This document shows, piece by piece, positions 45,453-54,732 of a stretch of 64,000 nucleotides of DNA (positions within the stretch are counted from its first letter, which is position 1; every line of letters begins with the position of its first letter). The position numbers and the translations under genes were made by a program. The notes below the pieces were generated by a model. That model was not told the DNA's origin, searched no databases, and was given only the letters and a program-made list of their open reading frames with translations. Source of the stretch: Vicinamibacterales bacterium (lineage in GTDB: Bacteria > Acidobacteriota > Vicinamibacteria > Vicinamibacterales > CAVVIG01); contig DASXIR010000365.1 in assembly GCA_036497895.1 (NCBI GenBank), positions 10,522-74,521 of the forward strand, in the 5' to 3' direction.

Positions 45453-45983
45453 ATGACGACTGAAGACTATCGCCGCGCGCTCGAGACCGCGATCCGCGAA
45501 TACGAAGCGCTCGGGCAGCAGCGGCGCGACATCGACCAGCGTCTCGCTGAAGTCGCTCAGACGATCGGCACGCTTTCGCGCCTGTGCGGCCTGGTGTCGA
45601 CCGTGCCCCTCGGACTGACCGACGCCTGCCGGTTGGTGATTCGCGGCGCCGGAGTGCCCGTCACTCCGACAGAGGTTCGTCAGCGACTGCAGACGATCGG
45701 CTTCGACCTGGCGAAGTACACGAACGACCTCGCCGCCATTCACACCATCCTCAAGAGACTGAACGAATCCGGGGAATTGCGCTTCGTCACACGGGGAGTT
45801 TCCACGAACAAGCACGCCTACATCTGGAACAAAGGACCCTACGTTGTTGCGCTTGGTCCGGATATCGCGGCTTTCATGCGGGACGCGAGCATGGACCGCG
45901 AAGCAATGGCGGCGGTCGAGGAGCCCGCGGTGCCCCCGACCACTCGGGCCCGACCCCGTCGAAGCCCGAGGAGACGAACATGA
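45453..45983 (+). CDS. Hypothetical protein: N-terminal coiled coil plus winged-helix-like domain and basic tail
   Basis: 176 aa. It has DYRRALETAIREYEALGQQRRDIDQRLAEVAQTIGTL, then GLTDACRLVIRGAGVPVTPTEVRQRLQTIGFDLAKYTNDLAAIHTILKRLNESGELRFV. Its stop overlaps the next start (ATGA). Confidence 0.6.
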   Translation: MTTEDYRRALETAIREYEALGQQRRDIDQRLAEVAQTIGTLSRLCGLVSTVPLGLTDACRLVIRGAGVPVTPTEVRQRLQTIGFDLAKYTNDLAAIHTILKRLNESGELRFVTRGVSTNKHAYIWNKGPYVVALGPDIAAFMRDASMDREAMAAVEEPAVPPTTRARPRRSPRRRT

Positions 45984-46861
45984 TCGCGCTGGAACAGCGC
46001 CGGCGATTCTTCGCAGAGGAGATCGAAGCCGTTTCACGACTGCGGACGCCGGCGCTGGTGGAGGCGTTCGCGCGGGTCGAGCGCGAACGGTTTCTGCCGG
46101 CCGGCCCGTGGACCGTGGTGGCTGATGCCGATCTGAACAGCTTCGGCTCAGGCCCTCAGCGCTATCGCGAGACGCGCGATGCCGACCCGGCCCGCGTGTA
46201 TCACAACATCGCCGTGGCAATCGATCCCGCCCGCCAACTGTTCAACGGTCAGCCGGCGACGCTCGGTTATTGGATCGATGCGTTGTCGCTGGCGCCGGAC
46301 TCGCGCGTCCTGCACATCGGCTGCGGCCTTGGTTATTACTCGGCGGTGATGGGGGACTGCGTCGGACCCGACGGCCGGGTGGTCGCGCTCGAGGTGGACG
46401 CTGAGCTGGCTCGGGCCGCGACGGTGAATCTCGCTTCCCGTCCGTGGATCGAAGTCCGCAATGCCGATGCATCGGCGGCGATCGGCGAGACGTTCGACGC
46501 CATTCTCGTCAATGCGGGAGTGACGCACCCGCTCGAGAACTGGCTGGACGCGCTCGCTCCCGGTGGCCGCATGATGATTCCCATTACGGTCGCGATGCCG
46601 CAGATGGGTTCGACGCTCGGGAAAGGTCTCGTGCTGCTTGTCACCAGAAACCCAGACGAACTCTTCGCGGCGCGCGTCATCACCGTGGTCGCGGTGTATT
46701 CGGCGATCGGCATTCGCGACCCGGACATGAGCGAGCGGATCGGTCGCGCCCTGACGGCCGGCCCGGTGAAATGGGGAGCCGTGACGCGCCTGCGGCGCGA
46801 TGGGCACGAGCCGGCGGAGTCGTGCTTGCTGCATCGAAACGGATGTTGTTTCTCGATGTAA
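45980..46861 (+). CDS. Protein-L-isoaspartate O-methyltransferase (PIMT/PCMT)-family methyltransferase, long form
   Basis: Trimmed to MIALEQRRRFFAEEIEAV..VEAFARVERERFLP. It has the SAM motif I VLHIGCGLGYYSAVM, then VVALEVD and ILVNAGV. At 293 aa it is longer than textbook Pcm. Confidence 0.8.
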   Translation: MIALEQRRRFFAEEIEAVSRLRTPALVEAFARVERERFLPAGPWTVVADADLNSFGSGPQRYRETRDADPARVYHNIAVAIDPARQLFNGQPATLGYWIDALSLAPDSRVLHIGCGLGYYSAVMGDCVGPDGRVVALEVDAELARAATVNLASRPWIEVRNADASAAIGETFDAILVNAGVTHPLENWLDALAPGGRMMIPITVAMPQMGSTLGKGLVLLVTRNPDELFAARVITVVAVYSAIGIRDPDMSERIGRALTAGPVKWGAVTRLRRDGHEPAESCLLHRNGCCFSM

Positions 46862-48037
<1,176 letters not shown>

Positions 48038-48059
48038 GTGGTACCAGGGCTATCATGTC

Positions 48060-48734
48060 GTGGTGCGCGCGTTACTGGTTGAAGATGATGCGACGATCGC
48101 CGAGTTTGTCGGCCGCGGTCTGCGCGAGGCCGGTTTTGCCGTGGACCACGCCGCAGACGGTGACGCCGGCCTGAGTCTCGCCACCGGTCAACCGTACGAC
48201 GTCGCGATTGTCGATCTGATGCTTCCCAGGCGCGATGGGCTGTCGCTCATCGAAGAGCTGCGGCGGCGCAGCATCGCGACGCCGGTTCTCATCCTCAGCG
48301 CGCGCCGCTCGGTTGACGATCGGGTGCGCGGACTGCAGACCGGCGGCGACGATTACCTCACCAAGCCGTTCGCGTTCACCGAGCTGCTGGCGCGCGTCCA
48401 GGCGCTGGTCAGGCGGGCCACTCGCGCTCCGGAGCCGACCACGCTGACGGTGGACGGGCTGACGCTCGACCTGCTGTCGCGGCGCGTCACCCGCGACGGC
48501 AAACCGGTCGATCTGCGGCCGCGCGAATTCGCCCTCCTCGAGTTCCTGATGCGCCATGCCGGTCAGGTCGTTTCGAAGACGATGATCCTCTCGCACGTGT
48601 GGGAGTACAACTTCGACCCGCAGACCAACGTTGTGGACGTGCTCGTGAGCCGGTTGCGCGAGCGGGTCGATCGTCCGTTCGAAATCAAGCTGCTCCATAC
48701 TGTGCGGGGCGTAGGCTATGTCCTCCGGCCCTGA
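48060..48734 (+). CDS. OmpR/PhoB-family response regulator (CusR/CopR-like)
   Basis: It starts at a GTG, either 48060 or 48063. The receiver reads RALLVEDD..DVAIVDLMLP..DDYLTKPF. The winged-helix output reads LRPREFALLEFLMRHAGQVVSKTMI..VDVLVSRLRERV..TVRGVGYVL. Confidence 0.9.
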   Translation: MVRALLVEDDATIAEFVGRGLREAGFAVDHAADGDAGLSLATGQPYDVAIVDLMLPRRDGLSLIEELRRRSIATPVLILSARRSVDDRVRGLQTGGDDYLTKPFAFTELLARVQALVRRATRAPEPTTLTVDGLTLDLLSRRVTRDGKPVDLRPREFALLEFLMRHAGQVVSKTMILSHVWEYNFDPQTNVVDVLVSRLRERVDRPFEIKLLHTVRGVGYVLRP

Positions 48735-50055
48735 CGCGCTGCCGCCGTTGCGCCGGACCTTCGGACTTCGTCTGGCGTTGTGGTACGCGACCCTGTTCGT
48801 GTCCGGGGCGATCGCGATCGTTTTTGTCACCTACTACCTGACCGCCTCGTCGCTGGCGCAGCGCGACCATCAGATCATCAAAGGCAAGCTCGGCGACTAC
48901 GCGGCCGCCTACGTCCGCGGCGGCGTCGGCGTGCTCGCCAACACCGTTCGTTCGGAGCAGCAGACGGCGCCCGAGCGTCTGTTCGTCCGGGTCGTCGATC
49001 GCGGCGTCGAGTCGGTGGTGTTGAGCAGTCCTGACGGCTGGGATCCGTCCAAGATCGAAATCGTCTCGGCCAATCTCGCCGATGGCACGCTGGTGCAGGT
49101 GGGGAAGAGCACCGAGGCCCGCGACGACCTGCTGGCGCGCTTCCGCGCCACGCTTGGGTTGGTCACGTTGATGATCGTGGCCGTGGCGCTGACCGGCGGC
49201 TGGCTGGCGACGCAGTCGGCGCTGTCACCGATCCGGCGGCTGACGCTGGCGGTTCAGCGGATTATCCGCACCGGACGAACCGATGCCCGTGTGCCGCTGG
49301 CCGGGTCGGGCGATGCGCTGGACGAACTGACCGCGCTCTTCAACGCGATGCTGGACAAGATCGAGGGCCTGGTGACCGCGATGCGCGGCTCGCTCGACAA
49401 CGTCTCGCACGATCTACGCACGCCGTTGACGAGGCTGCGCGGTACCGCCGAACTGGCGCTGGCTGGTACTGCCGACGGCCTCGACGCCAGCGAGCGCTAT
49501 CGGGAAGCGCTGGCCGAGTGTGTCGAAGAGTCCGACCGTGTGCTGGTGATGCTCAACACATTGATGGACATCTCCGAAGCAGAAAGCGGCGCGATGCAGC
49601 TTCATCGCGAGCCCGTGGCTTTGACCGATGTCGTGGCGCGCGCGATGGACCTCTACCGCGATGTCGCCGACGCCAAAGGGGTCGCGCTGACCGCCGACTC
49701 CGTCGGTGACGTCATGGTCATCGGCGATCGGACACGACTCGAGCAGGTGGCGGCGAACCTGCTCGACAACGCGGTGAAATACACGCCGGCTGGAGGACGG
49801 GTGGAGGTTGGCGTCCGCGCCGACGCAGGACGCGGGGTCCTGTCCGTCCGCGACACCGGCGCGGGTATTGCCCCCGACGAGCTACCTCGCATTTTCGACC
49901 GGCTGTTTCGCGGCGATACCAGCCGAACAGAACGCGGCCTCGGTCTGGGGCTCAGCCTCGTAAAAGCCATCGTCGAGGCGCATCACGGAATCGTAGAAGT
50001 CGAAAGCGAGCCCGGTCGTGGTTCCAGCTTCGAAGTATCGCTACCGCTCGGCTGA
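48718..50055 (+). CDS. Sensor histidine kinase (2 TM, HAMP, HisKA, HATPase_c)
   Basis: It has the H-box NVSHDLRTPLTRLRG, the N-box LLDNAVKYTP, G1 RDTGAGIAPDE and G2 GLGLGLSLV. It overlaps the regulator gene by 17 nt. Confidence 0.9.
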   Translation: MSSGPDALPPLRRTFGLRLALWYATLFVSGAIAIVFVTYYLTASSLAQRDHQIIKGKLGDYAAAYVRGGVGVLANTVRSEQQTAPERLFVRVVDRGVESVVLSSPDGWDPSKIEIVSANLADGTLVQVGKSTEARDDLLARFRATLGLVTLMIVAVALTGGWLATQSALSPIRRLTLAVQRIIRTGRTDARVPLAGSGDALDELTALFNAMLDKIEGLVTAMRGSLDNVSHDLRTPLTRLRGTAELALAGTADGLDASERYREALAECVEESDRVLVMLNTLMDISEAESGAMQLHREPVALTDVVARAMDLYRDVADAKGVALTADSVGDVMVIGDRTRLEQVAANLLDNAVKYTPAGGRVEVGVRADAGRGVLSVRDTGAGIAPDELPRIFDRLFRGDTSRTERGLGLGLSLVKAIVEAHHGIVEVESEPGRGSSFEVSLPLG

Positions 50056-50173
50056 ACCGCTTCGATCGTCGAATCTCTCACCGTTGTAATGTTCCTGCAA
50101 CGGCTCCGCAACACCACCCCTCGTCTAACTCCTTAGAATCGATTTCGGACACACGAAAGGACGAAGGACTCCA

Positions 50174-51718
50174 ATGAACTCACGTTTCAACCTGACTCAG
50201 CGCGTCATACGGAACGGCCTGGCCGTCTTCGCAGCCGTGCTACTGACGACCGGCGCCGCCTGGCACGTACTTGCCGCCGACGGCCAGGCCGCTCACGGCC
50301 CGATGGCCACCGTGACCACACCGATTGCGCACGCCATTGCAGGCGGGCGCGATTCCTACTCGGACATCGTCAGCGTCGCCGCTCCGGCAGTGGTGACGAT
50401 TCGTACAGAAGGCAAGGCTCGGCCGGCCCAGACTGGATTTGACGATCAGGACGGCCAGGGACAGGACCCCGAAGATCTGATGCGCCGCTTTTTCGGTCAG
50501 CAGTTCGACCAGCGTGGTCAGCGCGGCCAGCGCAGCCCGCGACAGGCCGCGCCGCGGCAGCACGCCCTGGGTTCTGGCGTGATCGTGACCACTGATGGCT
50601 ATGTCCTCACCAACTATCACGTCGTGGAAGGCGCCGAGAACATCCAGGTCGATCTCAACGACGATCGTACCGTGTCGGCCAAGGTGATCGGATCGGACAA
50701 GCCGAGCGACCTCGCGCTGCTCAAGATCAGTGCGGGCGATCTGCACCCGATTGCGATCGGCAATTCGGACGCGGTCAAGGTCGGCGACGTCGTGCTGGCG
50801 GTCGGCAACCCGCTCGGTGTCGGACAGACCGTGACCATGGGCATCATCAGCGCCAAAAGCCGCTCCACCAGTGTGGGCGACGGCGGCTACGAGGACTTCC
50901 TGCAGACTGACGCGCCGATCAATCACGGCAATTCCGGCGGAGCGCTCGTCAACACCAAGGGCGAACTGGTCGGCATCAACTCGCAGATTCTGTCCAACTC
51001 CGACGGCAACATCGGCATCGGTTTCGCCATCCCGTCGAACATGGTCAAGAACGTGATGGAGCAGCTGCGTACCAACGGCAAGGTCACGCGCGCGCAGCTC
51101 GGAGTCACCGTCCAGGGCATTTCGTCGGACATGGCCGAGAGCCTCGGTCTCAAGCAGACCAGCGGCGCCATCGTCAGCAAGGTCACGCCGGACAGCGCCG
51201 CTGACCGCGCCGGGGTCAAGCGCGGCGACGTGATTCAGTCGTTCAACGGCCAGGCCGTACACGACACCAACACGCTGCGCAATCGCGTTGCCGAAGCCGG
51301 ACCAGGCTCGACCGCGGATCTTCTGGTCCTGCGCGACGGCACGGACAAGCATCTGAGCGTGAAGCTCGACGCGGCGAGTCCCGAGAAGTCGGCGCGCGAC
51401 GACGATCGCGCGTCCGGAAGCGACGACAAGACGGCGCTCGGCGTGTCGGTGGCGCCGATGACGCCGGAACTGGCGGCGCGCTTGCAGGCACCGAAAGACG
51501 CGCACGGCCTCGTGGTCAAGGACGTCAATCCTGATGGCCGGGCGGCCGCTGCGGGCATCCAGTCGGGCGACATCATCCAGGAAGTGAACCGCACGTCGGT
51601 CAACTCCGTGGACGAGTTGAAGTCCGCGCTGCAGAAGTCGGGCGCCAAGCCGACGCTGCTGCTCATCAATCGCCAGGGCAACGATCTCTTCGTGACCGTT
51701 CGTCCGGCAAACGGCTGA
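50174..51718 (+). CDS. DegP/DegQ (Do)-family periplasmic serine endoprotease with two PDZ domains
   Basis: 514 aa with a signal peptide. The triad context is TNYHVV, DLALLKI and TDAPINHGNSGGALVN, followed by two PDZ segments. Confidence 0.9.
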   Translation: MNSRFNLTQRVIRNGLAVFAAVLLTTGAAWHVLAADGQAAHGPMATVTTPIAHAIAGGRDSYSDIVSVAAPAVVTIRTEGKARPAQTGFDDQDGQGQDPEDLMRRFFGQQFDQRGQRGQRSPRQAAPRQHALGSGVIVTTDGYVLTNYHVVEGAENIQVDLNDDRTVSAKVIGSDKPSDLALLKISAGDLHPIAIGNSDAVKVGDVVLAVGNPLGVGQTVTMGIISAKSRSTSVGDGGYEDFLQTDAPINHGNSGGALVNTKGELVGINSQILSNSDGNIGIGFAIPSNMVKNVMEQLRTNGKVTRAQLGVTVQGISSDMAESLGLKQTSGAIVSKVTPDSAADRAGVKRGDVIQSFNGQAVHDTNTLRNRVAEAGPGSTADLLVLRDGTDKHLSVKLDAASPEKSARDDDRASGSDDKTALGVSVAPMTPELAARLQAPKDAHGLVVKDVNPDGRAAAAGIQSGDIIQEVNRTSVNSVDELKSALQKSGAKPTLLLINRQGNDLFVTVRPANG

Positions 51719-51775
51719 ACACGACGGGACGGCGACCCGAGTCTGGGAGCTCTGGTCGCCGCGCTCGCGTGTCGG

Positions 51776-51812
51776 GTAGGGGACGGCCTGAAGGCCGCCC
51801 CCTACTTTTTTT
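51776..51812 (+). terminator. Rho-independent terminator after the DegP-like gene
   Basis: A 13-position stem with 12 base pairs and one mismatch (GTAGGGGACGGCC / GGCCGCCCCCTAC) and loop TGAA is followed by a run of seven T. Confidence 0.75.
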
Positions 51813-51890
51813 CGCCCCGACTCTCACGACCGCTATGCCGCCACAGCCTCCGGCCCGAATCCACGGCCGCCACTGAGATACCATTACCGG

Positions 51891-52787
51891 ATGATTCTCG
51901 GCGGCGTCTTCTCAGTTCTTCCCACTCCATTCTCTGAATCAGGCGAGTTCGATCCCGACAGTCTCGGGCGCGTCATCAATCTCTTCATTTCCGACGGCGT
52001 CAGCGGTTTCACCGCGCTGGGCGTCACGAGCGAAGTCGCACGGCTGACCGATGCCGAGCGCGACCGTGTGCTCGACACTGTGATCACACACGTCAACGGC
52101 CGCGTCCCGATTGTCGCAGGCACGACGGCGGAAGGCCTGCGGACCAGCATCGACTACACGCGCCGCGCCCGGGCGGCCGGGGCGTCGGCGGTGATGATCA
52201 GCCCGCCCCGCGCCCCGAAGCTCAATTCAGACAGCGTGGCCAAACACTTCGCCGAGGTCGCCGCCGCAGTGGACATCCCGATCGTGGTGCAGGACTTTCC
52301 GCCGGTCTCCGGGTTCACCATGGAGCCGGCGCTGCTCGCTCGAATTGCGCGCGACGTGCCGTCCGCGCGCACCATCAAGCTCGAAGACCCGCCGACTCCG
52401 TTCAAAACCTCGCGCATCCTCGAACAGACCGCCGGCATCGACGTCAACATCTTCGGCGGCCTGGGTGGCGTGTTTCTGCTCGAAGAGCTGATGGCCGGCG
52501 CCGCCGGCGCCATGACCGGGTTCGCGTTCCCGGCAATTCTCGTCAAAATCGTCACCCTGTACCGCGCCGGCCGGATCGACGATGCCGCCGCGGAGTTCTA
52601 CGCCAAGGTGCCGCTGATGCGCTTCGAATTCCAGGAGGGCATCGGCATGGCCATCCGCAAGGAAGTTCTGCGCCGTCGCGGCGCCATCGCTCACGCCGGC
52701 ATCCGCCCGCCGGGCGGCGTCCTCGACAAGGCGACGAAGGAAGCGCTCGATCGCGTCCTCGCGTACGCCGGCGACCACACCACATAA
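51891..52787 (+). CDS. Dihydrodipicolinate synthase/N-acetylneuraminate lyase-family (class I aldolase) protein
   Basis: 298 aa. It has PTPF..GEFD, GVSGFTALGVTSE, VPIVAGT and a Schiff-base lysine context RTIKLED. Confidence 0.8.
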   Translation: MILGGVFSVLPTPFSESGEFDPDSLGRVINLFISDGVSGFTALGVTSEVARLTDAERDRVLDTVITHVNGRVPIVAGTTAEGLRTSIDYTRRARAAGASAVMISPPRAPKLNSDSVAKHFAEVAAAVDIPIVVQDFPPVSGFTMEPALLARIARDVPSARTIKLEDPPTPFKTSRILEQTAGIDVNIFGGLGGVFLLEELMAGAAGAMTGFAFPAILVKIVTLYRAGRIDDAAAEFYAKVPLMRFEFQEGIGMAIRKEVLRRRGAIAHAGIRPPGGVLDKATKEALDRVLAYAGDHTT

Positions 52788-52804
52788 CTCGGAGAAACCA
52801 GTCA

Positions 52805-53596
52805 ATGGATCTTGGTCTGAAGAACAAAGTGGCCATGGTGGGCGGCGCCAGCAAGGGGCTCGGCCTTGCGGTTGCGCGCGCGCTGGCGGCTGACGGTGCG
52901 CACGTCTGCATCGCTTCGCGCGATCAGGCAGCCCTGAAAGCGGCAGCCGAGACCATCAACGGCGCCGGCGGGGGACGGGCACTTGCGGTGGCGGCCGATC
53001 TCAGTCAGGCGGATGCGATTGCCGCGTGGCACGCCGCCGCCGTGAAAGAATTCGGCGGCGTCGATCTGTTGTTCGCGAACACAGGTGGGCCACCTGCCGG
53101 CACCTCGCTGTCCTTCGACGATGGAGCGTGGCAGGCGGCGTTCGAGCTGCTGCTGCTGAGCGCCGTGAGAACGGTCCGTCTGGTGGTTCCTGACATGAAG
53201 GCTCGAGGCGGCGGCGCGATCCTGATCGGCACTTCGTCAACCGTGAAGGAGCCGGTACCGAACCTGGCGCTGTCGAATGTGATGCGATCGGGCGTCACGG
53301 CGTTCGCGAAGACGCTGTCCCTCGAGCTGGCACCGGACAAGATTCGCGTCAACACGCTGATCCCCGGACGCATCGCCACCGATCGCCTGCGGCAGCTTGA
53401 CGAGGGCAACGCCAAACGAGCGGGCATTTCACTCGAAGAACAGCAGAAGCGTGGCGCGGGCACGATTCCGATTGGCCGTTACGGTTCACCGGACGACTTC
53501 GGCCGCGTCGGGGCGTTTCTTCTGTCCGACGCCGCGTCCTACATCACCGGCGCATCGGTGCAGGTGGACGGCGGACTGATCAAGGGCCTGCTGTAG
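52805..53596 (+). CDS. Short-chain dehydrogenase/reductase family protein with non-canonical active-site motif
   Basis: It has a Rossmann motif VGGASKGLGLAVARAL and NTGG. The usual YxxxK position aligns to LSNVMRSG (Ser...Arg). Confidence 0.8.
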   Translation: MDLGLKNKVAMVGGASKGLGLAVARALAADGAHVCIASRDQAALKAAAETINGAGGGRALAVAADLSQADAIAAWHAAAVKEFGGVDLLFANTGGPPAGTSLSFDDGAWQAAFELLLLSAVRTVRLVVPDMKARGGGAILIGTSSTVKEPVPNLALSNVMRSGVTAFAKTLSLELAPDKIRVNTLIPGRIATDRLRQLDEGNAKRAGISLEEQQKRGAGTIPIGRYGSPDDFGRVGAFLLSDAASYITGASVQVDGGLIKGLL

Positions 53597-54526
53597 ATGA
53601 GTGTCGCTCGCAAGATCCTGCTGGCGATGTCCACCAACGCGTGGCTGCGCGAGCGCGCCACGAAGACGGCGTTCGTGCGCCGGTCGGTGTCCACGTTCAT
53701 GCCCGGCGAGAAGCTCGAGGATGCCATGGCCGCCGCAGCGGTGCAGCAGCGGGATGGCATCGGGACGATTTTTACGAAGCTGGGGGAAAACCTCACGCGC
53801 GTCGAAGAGGCAGAAGAAGTCACGCAGCACTACCTGGATACCCTCGACCAGATTCAGGCAGCGGGTTTGCGCGCCCAGATCTCGGTGAAGCCGACACAGC
53901 TCGGCCTCGATCTGGACAAGGAGTTGTGCTTTCGCAATCTGCAGCGTCTGATCGATCGCGCTACAGAGCGCGGCAACTTCGTCTGGATCGACATGGAGAG
54001 TTCTCCGTATGTCGATCCGACGCTCGACCTGTTCCGCCGCACCCGTGCGCGGTCGCCGCTGGTGGGGATCGCGATCCAGGTGTACCTGTATCGAACGGAA
54101 AAGGACATCGAATCGCTGCTGCCGCTCGGCGCCGCCATCCGGATGGTGAAGGGCGCGTACCTCGAGTCGCCGGACGTCGCGTTTCCACAGAAATCCGACG
54201 TGGACGAAAACTTCTACAAGATGTCGTGCCGGCTGTTGAGCGCCGAAGCGCAACGCGCCGGCTGTCTGCTGCACATGGCCACGCACGATCCGGTTCTGGT
54301 CGATCGCCTCACGGCCTTCATCGATGCGCAGCGGGTTCCGGCGACGGCGTATGAGTTCGCGATGCTCTACGGCATCCAGCGCTCGCTGCAGCAGCGCCTC
54401 GTGAAGACCGGCCGTCCCCTTCGCGTCCTGATCGCGTACGGCGAGTACTGGTTCGCCTGGTATATGCGCCGTCTCGCCGAGCGTCCCGCCAACGTCTGGT
54501 TCGTCGTCAAAAATATCTTCGGTTGA
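53597..54526 (+). CDS. Proline dehydrogenase-family protein (monofunctional PutA-like)
   Basis: 309 aa. It has ISVKPTQLGL, IDMESS, RMVKGAY, and C-terminal YGEYWFAWYMRRLAERPANVWF. It starts 1 nt after the SDR stop. Confidence 0.8.
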   Translation: MSVARKILLAMSTNAWLRERATKTAFVRRSVSTFMPGEKLEDAMAAAAVQQRDGIGTIFTKLGENLTRVEEAEEVTQHYLDTLDQIQAAGLRAQISVKPTQLGLDLDKELCFRNLQRLIDRATERGNFVWIDMESSPYVDPTLDLFRRTRARSPLVGIAIQVYLYRTEKDIESLLPLGAAIRMVKGAYLESPDVAFPQKSDVDENFYKMSCRLLSAEAQRAGCLLHMATHDPVLVDRLTAFIDAQRVPATAYEFAMLYGIQRSLQQRLVKTGRPLRVLIAYGEYWFAWYMRRLAERPANVWFVVKNIFG

Positions 54527-54600
54527 TGGATCGAGTAACATTCCTGGCCACAGGAGGTTGGTAGATGAGTGTCGTCCACGGAGCACAAGGGGGGCGGAAC

Positions 54601-54665
54601 GATCTGAGGATCTGAGGATTTAAGGATTTAAGGATTTATCTGAGGATCTTGGAATCTTCGATTCC
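54601..54665. repeat. Degenerate 8-bp tandem repeat (GATCTGAG x2, GATTTAAG x2, GATTTATCTGAG, GATCTTGG, AATCTTCG)
   Basis: Read directly from the sequence. It is an AT-richer tract in the intergenic region upstream of the RsgA-like gene and contains three GATC sites. Confidence 0.85.
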
Positions 54666-54732
54666 AACGCGCAGAGCCCCGCCCCTCTCCACTTTCCCCG
54701 ACAATGCATCGCTTTTCAGAAGGAGAGTCGAC

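Noticed and set aside
50056-50173. An ECF-sigma (sigmaE-like) promoter upstream of the DegP-like gene (GCAAC ... CGTCTAA).
   Set aside because: The spacing between the candidate -35 and -10 elements (about 20 nt or about 9 nt) does not fit the 16-17 nt expected. It is not convincing by eye.
54601-54665. The octamer array considered as a CRISPR array or plasmid iterons.
   Set aside because: The units are only 8 bp, contiguous and without spacers. There are no cas or rep genes nearby. I kept it only as a simple tandem repeat.
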